From Phoronis australis (lineage: Eukaryota > Animalia > Phoronida), in assembly GCA_002633005.1 (NCBI GenBank), contig NMRA01000013.1, positions 230,033-294,032 of the forward strand: a DNA stretch of 64,000 bases, written 5' to 3'. Below the pieces are notes generated by a model. The model made no database searches. It worked only from the letters and a program-made list of their open reading frames with translations, and was not told the origin of the DNA. The translations under genes and the position numbers were made by a program. Below are positions 1 through 12,753 of this stretch, piece by piece. Numbering within the stretch: position 1 is the first letter of the stretch; each line of letters opens with the position of its first letter.

Positions 1-139
1 AAAACTTTTATCCGAGTAGTTTATCACTTTTTCACAAATGCCACTGCATTCTGAATTTTTCCTGAAGTGAAGAATCTAATTGTAATTTTAATTGTATCTA
101 ACTAGGGAGAACAGCATTTTTCAAAAATTTTAGAAAATG

Positions 140-690
140 TGCATGTAATATACATCATTAGAAAGCTCTTTTCGAGACTAAAATAACGATAGTAAAATTT
201 TTTAAATTGGTTCCGGAGAAAATGTCATTTTCGTGTCAAAATTTTTGGTAAAAATTCTGTCAAATCGAATCTGCGAGTTCAAAATATTATTATTTCAAAA
301 CTAAGAAACGTAAATAGACATGTAATACATCATTTTAAAGAACTTTTTATGATGAATAATTTGCCAAAAAAAACCATTTCGATTAGACGTTCCTGTGCGA
401 AGATATTGACCTTAAAGTCAACACAGCCGACAAAGAGAAGTCACTACGTACAATTTTGCGATTTCGAATTTTCATAATATAACAATTACTCCAGGAAAAA
501 ACAAATAAGGTATCATTTTAAAGATTTTTCATCAGGAAAGTTGAAACTTGATAATTGGTTGAGCAAATTATTAATATTATTTGTGATATTGTTTTTAACA
601 ATCATGCTGTTTGCAACCGGCTTAACTTTGTCACTCAATTACATTAAGTAAAAATCAAAGATAAACAAACATCATTTCAAAAATGTATTG
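140..690. repeat. Degenerate repeat with about 160-185 bp period (transposon subterminal or satellite-like)
   Basis: (TA)CATCATT(T/A)..AAAG-like motif recurs near 151, 326, 511 and 669. Confidence 0.35.
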
Positions 691-3600
691 ATGACAAGTA
701 TGATATATAGAACATTTTAATACAAGCTTCTGAAAGACATATAATAAATAAAACTTTTACATAAACTTTCCACAACAATGTAATAAAATGAAGACCCTGT
801 CATGAGCCATCCAGGAATGTTCATGCTATAAAACCAACAACTGGAATATTCATAATCCTAAAATTGTCTCAAGTGATATGAACACAAAAAAGAATTTATG
901 ATGGACAGATAAATAAAGTTCTCAAGGCATCCTCAAGGAAGGAGGGGCCAAACCCTTTCTGTGACAATTGGCAGTGGAGTACCTTCCAGTAAACAGACGC
1001 TCAGTGGAGTTCCTTACACAGACCTGTGGTATCCTCAAGGAAGGGGGCCAAACCCTTTCTGACTATCATAAGGCATTGGAGTATCTACTATGCAACACTG
1101 AGTTATTCCAGCACTTCGAAGTCCCTTTGACCAAAGTCATCAATCAGCCGAAAGGAGTAGATAGCCTCATCTTCGTTGTAATGGATATTAAACCAAGACA
1201 GATATCCGAGGACCTGAAAGAATACTATAATTCATAATTATTTGAACAGTGTTATGCGAAAATGTTACCCTACTTGGAAATTATGCACATTTTAACAAAG
1301 GTGACATAATACTATTAAACTACAAGGTTGTGAAAAGAAAAAAGAAATAGCTAGATAGGTCATGTCAGTATTTGTCTGACAGTGTCTTAAGAGGTGGTGT
1401 TGGCATATGGTACTTCTTCGCGGACTCCTCAACAGCATCAGGAGCTGAAAAGCACAGTCCGATAGGTGGAGGGGAGAGCCAAAATGAAGGAGGCTTTGAC
1501 CGTTTGTCTATGAGATCATGTCCAACTGAATAACTGATAAAATGCAAGTAGAATCAGTAGAAGCAGGAAAGTAGAAGGATCTGGACCAAGAGCTAGAAGC
1601 AGAGTCTGTTGAGAAAGAAATGTGAGACATGATGAAGATAGAAACTCAAAACAGGAGTGAAATTATAAGAACAAAAATAATGAAGAAAATAACAACTGGT
1701 TTGGTCCACAGTAAATTCCAACAAAGCTTACCTGGAGGATAAAGATCAGGGTGAGATTTATGAACAGTCTAGGCAAACCTCAATTGTTCCGTTAAAAACT
1801 ATATATACTGGCCCGTGGTCAGAAAAAAAGTTTATCGAAAGCATGTATGTTTCAAAGTAGTGGACCACAAAGTCTTGGAAACACAGGACTGCAGTAGAAC
1901 TGTACATTTGTAATATTTGTTTAATCTAAAATTAAAACATTTTCATTTTCTATCTTGACATATTCTGAATAAAATGTCATGACCAACAAGGCAAGATGGG
2001 TGTGGACTTCTCTGGCAGCAAGCCAACCCAAGTCTATCAGTGGCTTGACCAACAAAAATGTGAAACAAAATAGTAAAAAAAAACTTAAATATAAGAATCA
2101 TTGTTCTCACTACGAGAAATGACTGTTTAGTTCTCTTTTACATTGAGTTTTCATCAGCAAAAGTTGAAGTGCTTCAGTATTGTAAACCAAACATTCAACG
2201 CGATTCACAGGACCACCCCTAGCGGCAGTACCCGGAACTACGAAGTGAGTCAGAAATTCGCCCGATTGTCAGAAATTGACGAAATGTTCGTTTAGAACAA
2301 GTGTTTGAAATAGTTCATTAATGAACCCTTTAGTGCGGAATACAGTTCATTACATTCGCAAATTATTCTATATACCAATAAATTCAGCTCGAAGTTGAAG
2401 GTCGCGGGAACAGGCGACTTTTTCAACTTTTAAGTGCAGGAAAGTGAAAACTACTTACATAATCGTGTTCGCAAGGCTCCCTTTTGTTCTTTCACGAAGT
2501 TTCACGTAAAAATTCGCGAGTTTAGTCTTCTCCTGGGTTGAAAACCAAATAGCACTCATTTTTACCGGCATCCATTTTGGTCTGAAAAATCGGTCACGTC
2601 CCTGCAAAAAACTCGTGCAAAGTATTATTAAACGAATTTTGCAACAAAAAAAGATTATCAGATAAGTAAAACAATATATTCTTTCATAGTTTGCAATAAT
2701 TTTTATTCACATTTATTACATTTTTGAGTTATTTTTTGCCGATTGTAGTGAGCGAATTTAACACGGTGACAGATACGCGAAGCGATTCGCTGAAGAATGC
2801 TGTCCTCGCTAATCTAACTGCACCAAAGGAAGGTCCAATTAAAGTCTATAATATATGTATAATTTTGGATGAATGCCTGATTAAATTATTCAAGGCAAGT
2901 GTGAGGGATCCCTATTCTAAAAACCTTTGTCTCTATAGGATAGAATTATTCTGAATCATTGAAATTATTTCCTTAGTAATGGCTTAACTAGTCACTTGTG
3001 CCAAGACCAAGACAGGCAAGAGACGGTGAAAATGGTTAGAGGTTTTAACACTACTTGTTGGCTTTCGCCAGCAACCAAGGCTCCACTTGCCATAATATTA
3101 CGGAAGAGGCTGTGAGTACACAAAAAATTCCCGGGCTTGAAGCTCAAGAGGTCTCACCTTTGGTCAAACAATACCCAAACCCGACCAAAGCTTCTCATCA
3201 GACTGTGCGCAGCCATGTTTTCAAAGCTTCCTGTTTTACGGATACGCTCACAACCTTAAATCTCATTGGTCACCTCCTCCCTAGTGCTACGAGAGGTGCT
3301 CCCCAGGTAGCGCTACGACAGAAGTGTCGTCTCACTCGCCAGGCGACAGTTCACGGACACGAAAACACTGCTGGATGAGCAACAAATAGCTATGCACATA
3401 CATAAACCGACAAATCCCTCCTCACCAAGGCCACCGACATGTTTTACAATGCACTCGCGTATGTTTGTGATACAGCTGTCTAGGGTCGCTATTCCGGTGT
3501 TCAGTGATCTGCCACAATTTTTGGCACTGTCTGCACATCAGTCACAAAAACTTGCAGTCCTTGGATTTGTTTTCCTATTGAGGTAACTACACGGGAATTT

Positions 3601-4637
3601 TATACCGGTACTTGAGATTTTATAGAATCATGTGTTTCATGTGTTTGAATTAATAAGTGCGCTCTCTCCGACAACGGTTTTAACCGTTTAAAACCCATCT
3701 GTAGGACTACTATGCTCAGTCGGGAAATTTGGAAGAGGCCTACGCCTTGTATAGTCACTCATAATGTTATTGACTGGACCCATCGGTGATGAGCAGTGAT
3801 TCTCGAAGTGCTTAGTAATTTACAGCGCAAAGTAAATCTGGTCTAATCATTGTGACAGATTTTTAATTTTGACGTTTTGACTTTATTTGACTATAGGTAG
3901 GAAACGTCGAAATGGCGTCATTAGTACGCGCGGGCGACTGACTGCCAGTCACAAAAACCGGATCACGCCGGGCACCAATGAATACGACCGGCTACGAGAA
4001 AAATTGGAAACTCATTGTTCAGGTCAATGAAATCGACAAGGTAAGTAGAAGATGTACATGTATGCGTAGAGTACTGTCGTTTATTTCTCCATGAACTCAG
4101 TAGTCGACTGGACTAAACTACCTCAGTACTGTTCTGAAAGTGTGCAACCACAAAATTTACGGGAGATATATTTGACTGAGCTTGTCGAAGCCATCTCAGG
4201 CTAGAGTGTGACCACGTTTTGTCGAGCACTAATGATTGGATGACGAGTAGGCGAAACTGGGAAAAGTCGAGTAATTTGAGAAGATATGTTATTAAAGCCT
4301 GTATGAAGTTTCCAAGGGCCATTTGCTTGAGGAAAGTGTGAAACTCAGTGACCGCGACGGCGAAATGGCTGCACGGTGTCAAGTTGAGGTAGTAGGCGTC
4401 CCAACACACTCATCTTAAGCCCAAATTTTGATTAACTCAATGTCCGATGACACCGTCGAAAGTTAAAGTGCAAAGAGCGAGCAATATTTTTGTTTGAAAC
4501 GAGCTGTACAGTTAGTTCATTTGCAATCAACATGAAATACAAGGAAATCTTATTTCATTTGGACAGGTTATGAACTTAACTCAACAGAGATTCAATAATT
4601 GACCTCTCATATACCTTCATATTGACCGCTGCTATGG

Positions 4638-4899
4638 CAGGCGCGAAGCCAGGGGTGCTCGGGGGGCTCGATGAGCCTTCTCCCCCCATTTGGCGATGGG
4701 GGGGGGGAATTTCCCTGCGCCTCAGGGAAACAAAAACTCCGTAAAAAACTAGAAAACGAGAAAAAACGCCCATCAAAAAGGCAAGAACAATAAAAATTCG
4801 GCGAATGCACAATTCGTAGCTCTGAACGCACCTCGCAAATCTAAGTTAAAGGTCCACATTCTCAAAATTCGAGCCCCCTGTTTTTTAGGCTGGGTGTGT
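4638..4899. mobile_element. GC-ended MITE, family A (about 240-260 bp)
   Basis: Shares GGGCTCGA..CCCCCCATTTGGCGA..CTCAG..GAGCCCCC..GGCTGGGTG with copies at 7431 and 55542. Confidence 0.65.
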
Positions 4900-5596
4900 A
4901 TATGTAATGGTAACAATGTACATGTAGGATCCTAGAAAAATCTCCAGTCAACAACTTGGCCTAACTCGGACCATCATATGTCACATGGATAATGGGATCC
5001 ATGCAACTCAGTGAAACTTGAAAATATTATGATTTATGCACTTCTTTCCAAAACGCCGCGGCAGGGAATTGTTTCTTAAAATATTCCACTTCTTTATTAG
5101 GGATTGTCATAATGGATTCAAAAGTNGGCTCGATGAGCCTTCTCCCCCCATTTGGCGATGGGGGGGGAATTTCCCGGCGCCTCAGGGAAACAAAAACTCC
5201 GTAAAAAACTAGAAAACGAGAAGAAACGCCCATCAAAAAGGCAAGAACAATAAAAATTCGGCGAATGCACAATTCGTAGCTCTGAACGCACCTCGCAAAT
5301 CTAAGTAAAAGGTCCACATTCTCAAAATTCAAGCCCCCTGTTTTTTAGGCTGGGTGTGTATATGTAATGGTAACAAATGTACATGTAGGATCCTAGAAAT
5401 CCTAGAAAAATCTCCAATCAACAACTTGGCCTAACTCGGGCCGTCATATGTCTCATGGATAATGGGATCCATGCAACTCAGTGAAGCTTGAAAATATTAT
5501 GATTTATGCACTTCTTTCCAAAAACGCCGCGGCAGGGAATTGTTTCTTAAAATATTCCACTTCTTTATTAGGGATTGTCATAATGGATTCAAAAGT
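4665..5596. repeat. About 465-bp direct duplication across a single-N join (probable assembly or haplotype overlap)
   Basis: 4665-5125 is nearly identical to 5127-5596; N at 5126. Confidence 0.85.
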
Positions 5597-6343
5597 TGCG
5601 AAAAACGGCGAAAACGATGATAATTTAGGGAACTTCAACAGCGTTTCTAAAATTTCATCTTTCTACTATTTTGTGTTTAACCCAAATTTGTAGAGGGACT
5701 GAAAAAATCCAGTAGACGCTCGGATTGGACAAAAGAAAAATCGATTATATTTCGGGAAATGTACCATGCTTTGCTGTCGTACAATGGTCGCTTTTAGTGC
5801 AAAACAATCAGCAAACGTCATTTGGTTATGTCAATGCGGTCGATCGTGAGCTGCGTGTCAGCACGCCCAACGGATACGCGCTAAATCCAGTGGAAATGAC
5901 TTACTGAAAGTCGGAGGTGAACGTTTTACCTTTTGAAAACACATTTTTGTAACATCGTGATGGAGGAAACTGCGATGGCTTGATGCAGGTTTGAATTCAC
6001 TAACCGTTTATTTTTATGTCCGCAGTCTACTGAAAAACAAATGGGGCGTCAGAATCCGGATGACATAAACGGACTTACCGTAAAACTCCGCACACTTGCG
6101 CCTAACCGCGAAGCTTAGGCCGGCGAAGTCTACGTGTGTAAGCGAAACATTTGAGTAGAAGTTGGGTTGTTTATGATGCTTCAGATATTAGGTTCCTTTA
6201 TAAAAACAAGCATTTTTAACTTGCACCTAGAACATGGTGTAACTTCATTCGACATAGTGCAAAAGAACAAGTAATGCGTGTTCGTAATTAGTTGTTTGTT
6301 ACACTATATTTGATCAAAACATGCGCGCACCCAGCCTTCGATA

Positions 6344-6571
6344 NNNNNNNNNNNNNNNNNNNNNNNNNNNNNNNNNNNNNNNNNNNNNNNNNNNNNNNNN
6401 NNNNNNNNNNNNNNNNNNNNNNNNNNNNNNNNNNNNNNNNNNNNNNNNNNNNNNNNNNNNNNNNNNNNNNNNNNNNNNNNNNNNNNNNNNNNNNNNNNNN
6501 NNNNNNNNNNNNNNNNNNNNNNNNNNNNNNNNNNNNNNNNNNNNNNNNNNNNNNNNNNNNNNNNNNNNNNN
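6344..6571. other. Assembly gap (228 N), probably hiding another family A MITE
   Basis: Left flank 6321-6343 is the MITE terminus ATGCGCGCACCCAGCCTTC; gap size fits element length. Confidence 0.8.
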
Positions 6572-7430
6572 CACATAAGTTTCACAAGATTACATGCATC
6601 TACAAAATGAAGACTATACAGTTGTCTTAGTGAAAGCCCTAGTGCTGGTCTACGGGCCGTGGTTGCTACCAACTGACGAATTGTATATGCTCATCGGATC
6701 AGCAAGTGACATTCCAAAACTGAGACAACAAACGCACGCGTACCTCAGTGTGAATCGCTAGGAGCGACTCAAGTCACTGGCAACTTCTGTGGTATAACCA
6801 TAGTCTACGCCGAAAACACAGGAACCGCCAATGTATCCCGTCTGGGCTTACACCGGAAACGAAAGGGATTCAAATCACTCGATAGGGAGATATCTGACGT
6901 AATTAAGGTGTTATCTCATGGCAGAAAGAAACATTCATACAGACAGGCATTCATACATGCACATCAAGTTGTTTTCAATCAATCACGTACATTGTATGCA
7001 CACCGGATATGACTGTCTACAGTGCTTACTACTATTTTTTTCGCTAAAACCGTTTTTCAAAAGCAGGAATTCCTGACAGTTGAAATCATATTTCAACATT
7101 CCAGTGAATCCGAAAATATTTGGCATCGCACTTTCAATCTCGCATGATAAACATTTATTTGTTCATATGAATCGTGTTGTTCTTGATTTAAAGTGAGTCT
7201 GGAAGGATTTCGAATCTAAAATTATTTATTCAGTGAAGCGCAACAAACAATTGCAAATCATTTGAGTTAACATTGGAAAAATGATATGTAACTGTATTTC
7301 ATCAGGTCATCTTTCAACCCCGGAATGCCTCTTATAGTGCAGAGTGCACTAAACTATTTGTCAAGAACAATTACCCTCATGAACTCTGCAGAATGTCTAA
7401 TATTCTTGTTCTACACTGTCCAAATGCTTA

Positions 7431-7677
7431 CATGTGCTCACCCGGGGGGAAGGGCTCGACGGAGCCCCCCATTTGGCGAAGTGGACAAAAACGTCCTCAG
7501 AGAAACAAAAAGGCCGAGAAAACGAAACAAAAGTCCACTTAAAAGGTGCAACACACAAAAAAGTCACAGCTCTTACCGTGGTACCCCGTTTTTTTAGTCC
7601 TCCAGCTTTTTTGTTAGTAAATGGTCCACACCGCCAGAAAGTCGAGCCCCCCATATTAAAGGCTGGGTGCGCGCAAG
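7431..7677. mobile_element. MITE family A copy
   Basis: Imperfect TIRs ATGTGCTCACCC..GGGTGCGCGCA; inverted relative to the 55542 copy. Confidence 0.75.
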
Positions 7678-9559
7678 GCTTACAGTAGCCTGTGACAACC
7701 ATAAGTGCCAAATAAATGTAGTGAAGACAACAATGGTTTATTACATAATAAGTCAGCACTTTTGAGTGATGATTACAAGGAGAAGTCGACAACGAATACA
7801 CCACTGCAAGGAATTGAGCAATCTCAGTGCTGTTCTAAATGCCATTCATTATTCACATATATAAATGGATATTTGCTGAGAAAAAATCTGAGAAAAAATG
7901 AACACTTGTATCTACCACACCAACATCCACTTTCTAATTTTTGCAAAGCAAGAACATGTCTACAAATTTCAAAGTCGATTGTTTATATTTATTTGAAAGA
8001 AAAACAACGTGACAGTGCAAGTGGTTCAGGCCAGTGTGATCTGGCAAACTGCCGGGGCTCAGACCCTGCAAAAGACGTCAGAGAAAAAGCGTGAAGCCCT
8101 CCAAAGTTAAATAAAGCATGCTATTTCCCTTTCAATCAACGGCGTAGAGCTCACTCATAGTAATGGTCACGTACGATAACTACTACCATTTAATTGTGGG
8201 CAAATCGTGGTCATCTCTGGACTGCTAACAGACTTTCTCCTTTTGCACAACAACTGATTCAATTAATAAGAAAAAGAGAAAAATAAATGCAACTATTCTG
8301 TATTTCGACACCAGCGAGTAATGCAAGTCCCAATGTGCTGTGTTATTTAACAAAAGAGTTTTGTTCCTACATAAAGTGAGTCAAGTGCATTCCCAAATAT
8401 ACGGGAAAATGTTATGTTATATAAGCTGTATTTTCCCGTGCAGTAGCTGACTAAAAACCGAGAATTGAATTAGGCCTATTACACTGCACTCCCCTTAAAT
8501 CGTCTCGTAATGTGTCTTACCATGATATTATTCTATTTCCGTTGCCAACAAAAACACCGATACCACCACCGGCTCAAGAAAACACTTCAGAGTTTACTGG
8601 GGTTCAGTTGCCCAAACCCTAAAATTACAGATTCGAAAATAGCGCATTTACACAATGCTGGTGGATTGAGTTGCCGACTCATTCGGCAACAAATCAATAA
8701 CGAATGAGTGTGAAAATGTTTCGAATCTGCACACTTCTCTTAAAAAGAAATAGCGTTGACGGATAAACAGGGCTAAAGGCAGCTTTACAAATATTGTCTT
8801 TCATATCATTATGCAATATCTTACAATTCATATTAGTTTACCAATTCAAAATATTTTCATGGAAATTAAATGTTTTGCTTAACTTGAAATATAAATAAAC
8901 CATCCTAGTATTTGTGTTTCTTTTTTCTAGTAATTGTACCAAATCATGATTCATGATGCAGCTTGGCGGATCATGTAGCCGTACCGCCGGATGTCAAACA
9001 ATCGTTCATCATTTAAAACCAATTGAAAGCAAAAACTGTAATATCGTGAATAAAATCTACATGTATGGTGACACGACTAAGTTAAAACTTGGGAAAGGGA
9101 TGTCATTGACGTATGATATCTTCGTGACCCAATGTTTTGCAGGATTCACACAAAAAACAATGCACAGGTGTACGTGGTCGTAATAAAGGCAATACTGGCC
9201 GGTAAGCTGACGTTTGCCAGGCTCGTGGCAGCAGCGTCTCGTTTTCTGACCCAATCCCTAGCTTTATCATTTTCGCACAGCAATTAATGAGGACTGAATT
9301 TCTTATCTTCACTAATCTGTTATTCTGCCGCTGGACCAATTTTCACCTTTATTCGAACAAAATTCGGAAAAGGATTGAATTGATGCCGTGTTGTTACCGC
9401 TCATGACCGCTCACGTGACCACTGAGTCGTATATTTTTTAACGAGAGCAGGTGATTTTGGCTACATTTTTCCCGCCCCAACACAATTATTCAAGTCGACC
9501 CCTGTCTGCCAGTTACTTTCATCTTTCACCATAGCATCATAAAACCGATAAACGTGACC

Positions 9560-9560
<1 letters not shown>

Positions 9561-9613
<53 letters not shown>

Positions 9614-9715
9614 GGACAAACAGACAAACAAGTGGACAGACACACAAGCGTCAAAGTTACACCTTATAATAGGGTTACATATAAACAGACCGACAGACAG
9701 ACGGACAGACAGACG
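9561..9715. repeat. (GACA)n microsatellite with degenerate tail
   Basis: About 12 perfect GACA units, then degenerate units. Confidence 0.95.
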
Positions 9716-10969
9716 CATGCCTGCATTCTCATCATGGTTAACTTTGTTATTAGTGTACGTACCCAATGTTTTAGCAAAGTGTCGATAGAAACTGCAGGTG
9801 TTATCAAGAATATTACCATGTACATTATTAAATGAGCTGGTTTCTCAGGTGGATTAGAAAATCAAACTACATCTGAACCAGTCGTTCGTTTTGGATGTCA
9901 CCGTACTTGGGTTGCAAAACAATTCGGGATTAATTCTGCACTGGTACAACTGAACAATTGTTCACTGTTTTCTTTTGGACTGGATTGTGACGTTTATGGG
10001 TAAGAAGTTGTTGGTTCTCGTGAAACTTTATGAATCATTCTCATTTCATCTGTCAACAAACAAGGTGTTCCAAGCAGTCGCACTAGCTCTTACCTATGGT
10101 AGCGATCTGATCGCCTGACTCTACAAAACAGTCGCACAGATTGACATGTGCATACCTTACAATTCATTTGGTATGAATTCAATTAAACGTTAAAACAGAG
10201 AGTGATGTATTTGTTAGTTGTATCAATGGGTATTGTAGTGAGCGCTGCATCGGCGGGTCAAAAATGGCCAACTTTATCAACAAATATAATGATTTAGGTA
10301 GGAGATCAGAGGTCCGTCCCCACTGACAAACAAAAAACGCCGTCAGCATAAGTATAAAAAGGCTTACACGGGCATTTTGCTTCGAAAGCTGTGGTTGTGC
10401 ATCTCAAAATAGCACCTTCGATCTCCATTCGGACCGCACTGTAACCAGAGAAAACTCATGCACTGTTGACATTCCGTATTTCACGACTCGAGTTTTTGTA
10501 AGGATAGCAAAATTAAATCAAAATATTCGGCATTTGCCATTGTGTGAAACGAGATATCTCAAGGTGGTAGTCGTATTACATGAAAAACACTCGGCACAAA
10601 CATTTTCCGCAAATTCATCCACTAAATTTCGAGAAATTAAGAAGATGCATTCTTGCTCCATCGAACGAATGCATTGTGTAGGGGGATACTTTCAATAAGA
10701 GAAAAAAGTAACCCCAGACTGTGCCCTTGGCGTTCTTAGAATCGTTTTATTTTTTGTCTTTATATTTTTGCGCTTCACGAGTCTATGATTCATAGTGCGG
10801 GTATTACGTTTCCACTGTATTACTGATGACGACAAACATATTTCGAAAGATTATAATTGTTCTTATCAACCTTTCTCAGGTAGTCAGCAAACGGTCGTAA
10901 CTCAGAGCCAACCCATGTGACAGGTAGATTTAGATTGCATTTATCTGAATTTATGTTATGCATTCATAG

Positions 10970-12450
10970 GACTAACAACGAGAAAGTAGGTTAAACTCAG
11001 ACACTATTATTAGAAACTGCTCTGCCGGAATTGTCCTCTTGACGTCATGAACTGAAGAAAGTTCCTGTCGTGGGACAGAAGACGTTGTGTGATTCAGTAG
11101 CAGAAATCTTACATAATAATGACTCGAGTTTACACAGTGGCTGAATTTAACAGAAGGGCGAGAAAAGGACTGCAAGTTGTGTATCGATTGGGCCCAAGGG
11201 AGAGGTCGTAATTGTCAACAAGACGTTGGACAAAACGGAGGTCACTAAACATCCAGGTTAGTTGTATACTTAATCCTACTTTAGTTACATTAAAACTCGG
11301 TCGTCTGAAAGGCCAAGAGTAAATAAGTATAGGTACAAAGCTAGTCATTCATATGTACAGATCAGTACGTAACTCACAATGCCAGCTATCTGAACGTCAC
11401 CCATCGCTATAGGTAAAAAGTACCCCGACACCAGGCGCCCCATGTTCTGGTGGGTGTCAGTAGACTTGTTGGTCCCTTTCTTTTAAGGAGTACGATCAAA
11501 CCTGCTGAAGTGCAGTTGATTACACGATAGTAGACGTGGGTGAGCAAAGTATGAAAGGCACTGAAAAGACATTCTCTGCATTCATGATCAGTAGATTGTG
11601 GATGAAAGCAACAATTAATGTGCCTCTCGCTGTTCAGATCGTCGGCAGGGCTGGTATCGAGGACGACATTGCCATTTCAGTCATTTCCTCAACAGTACTT
11701 GGCCCGTGGACGGATATGGTTTATGTTGGTCTACTGACTGATGGTTTTTGACCCAATCAGCAGACTTATTCGTAATTCTGCGAGATAGAATGACTCATGT
11801 GACTACAGGCGTCTTGTTTAGGGTCGGTCAAACTATGGATGTCAAATAGTATGTCCAGTCGACTACTAATCGTGGATCGATCTTCTCCTCTAGTATGTAA
11901 GGTTGGTTGGCTTGCGTATTGTTTTGTCATTACCACTTCTCTCAAGTACAGTAATGTTCACATAAGATCAAATAAGCTGTAGTTATCAATTGTTATTTTT
12001 GCTTGCGCAGCCTTTCAATCTCCATTCATGTTGTGTTGCATTGGTTTTTATTGTCCCGTCGTCGGATTGGTTTTGCACAGCAATGTTGGCAACGAAACGC
12101 CTGGCGTTTCGAAAAACTTCTCGACATCATTTCTGACAAGGGATTTGTTCATTGTTGTACCCCTCTCGTCCATAATTTACCTTAGTCCGGACACCGGATT
12201 AGACGCCAACTTGTTACATTTTCACTTTGAAGGAAAATTTTGCCTTTTTCAACTGCACCAAATAAAATTGTGTTCGCATCCCTTCCTTCCGTCTGTCGTA
12301 CTTCCGTCGTCGTTACCTTTGCCCATCCGTCGAATTTTTCAAAACACTCTTGAAAGGTCATAGTAAAATCTGCAGCGCACTGTGCAAGAAATGAGCCAGC
12401 ACAAGTCGAGTTTTCGGACGTAGACCTACTTGTCAACAATGGGACCTCCT
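10970..12450 (-). mobile_element. Possible highly decayed LINE (ORF1/endonuclease-like fragments)
   Basis: Minus-strand fragments RDANTILFGAVE (ORF1-like) and LIIVSEFNL (resembles AP-endonuclease IIxGDFN); many stops. Confidence 0.3.
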
Positions 12451-12588
12451 GGTGGTCGTTCTATTTTTCAACAAGACATTCATTATCCACAGAGAATTGA
12501 TGACGGGAATTTGCCGGCACCAGTCTATTTTCGGACACGGCACACCTAGCTGACTTAATTTCGGAAGACAAGAAGTTCATTAACAGTA

Positions 12589-12753
12589 CAGACGCGGATT
12601 TAGAAGGGGGCCAAGGGGACCATGCCCCTTCCTAAAATTGTCCCAGTTTCCATTTGACAGTTCGGGGGTGCCAATGTCTGACGGGCAAAATTCTGGCTAA
12701 TACTCTGTCCTCATGTCCCCTTTCCCCAACTCAAAATCCTGGGTCCGCCATTG
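12589..12753. mobile_element. Short GC-ended MITE
   Basis: GCGGATTTAG..CTGGGTCCGC imperfect inverted termini. Confidence 0.5.

Noticed and set aside
4576-5332. Apparent duplicated small membrane-protein ORFs
   Set aside because: They derive from a MITE inside a duplication across an N join.
6292-6672. ORFs spanning X runs
   Set aside because: Artefacts of the N gap.
9461-9835. ORFs with TDRQ / VCLS repeats
   Set aside because: Translations of the (GACA)n microsatellite.
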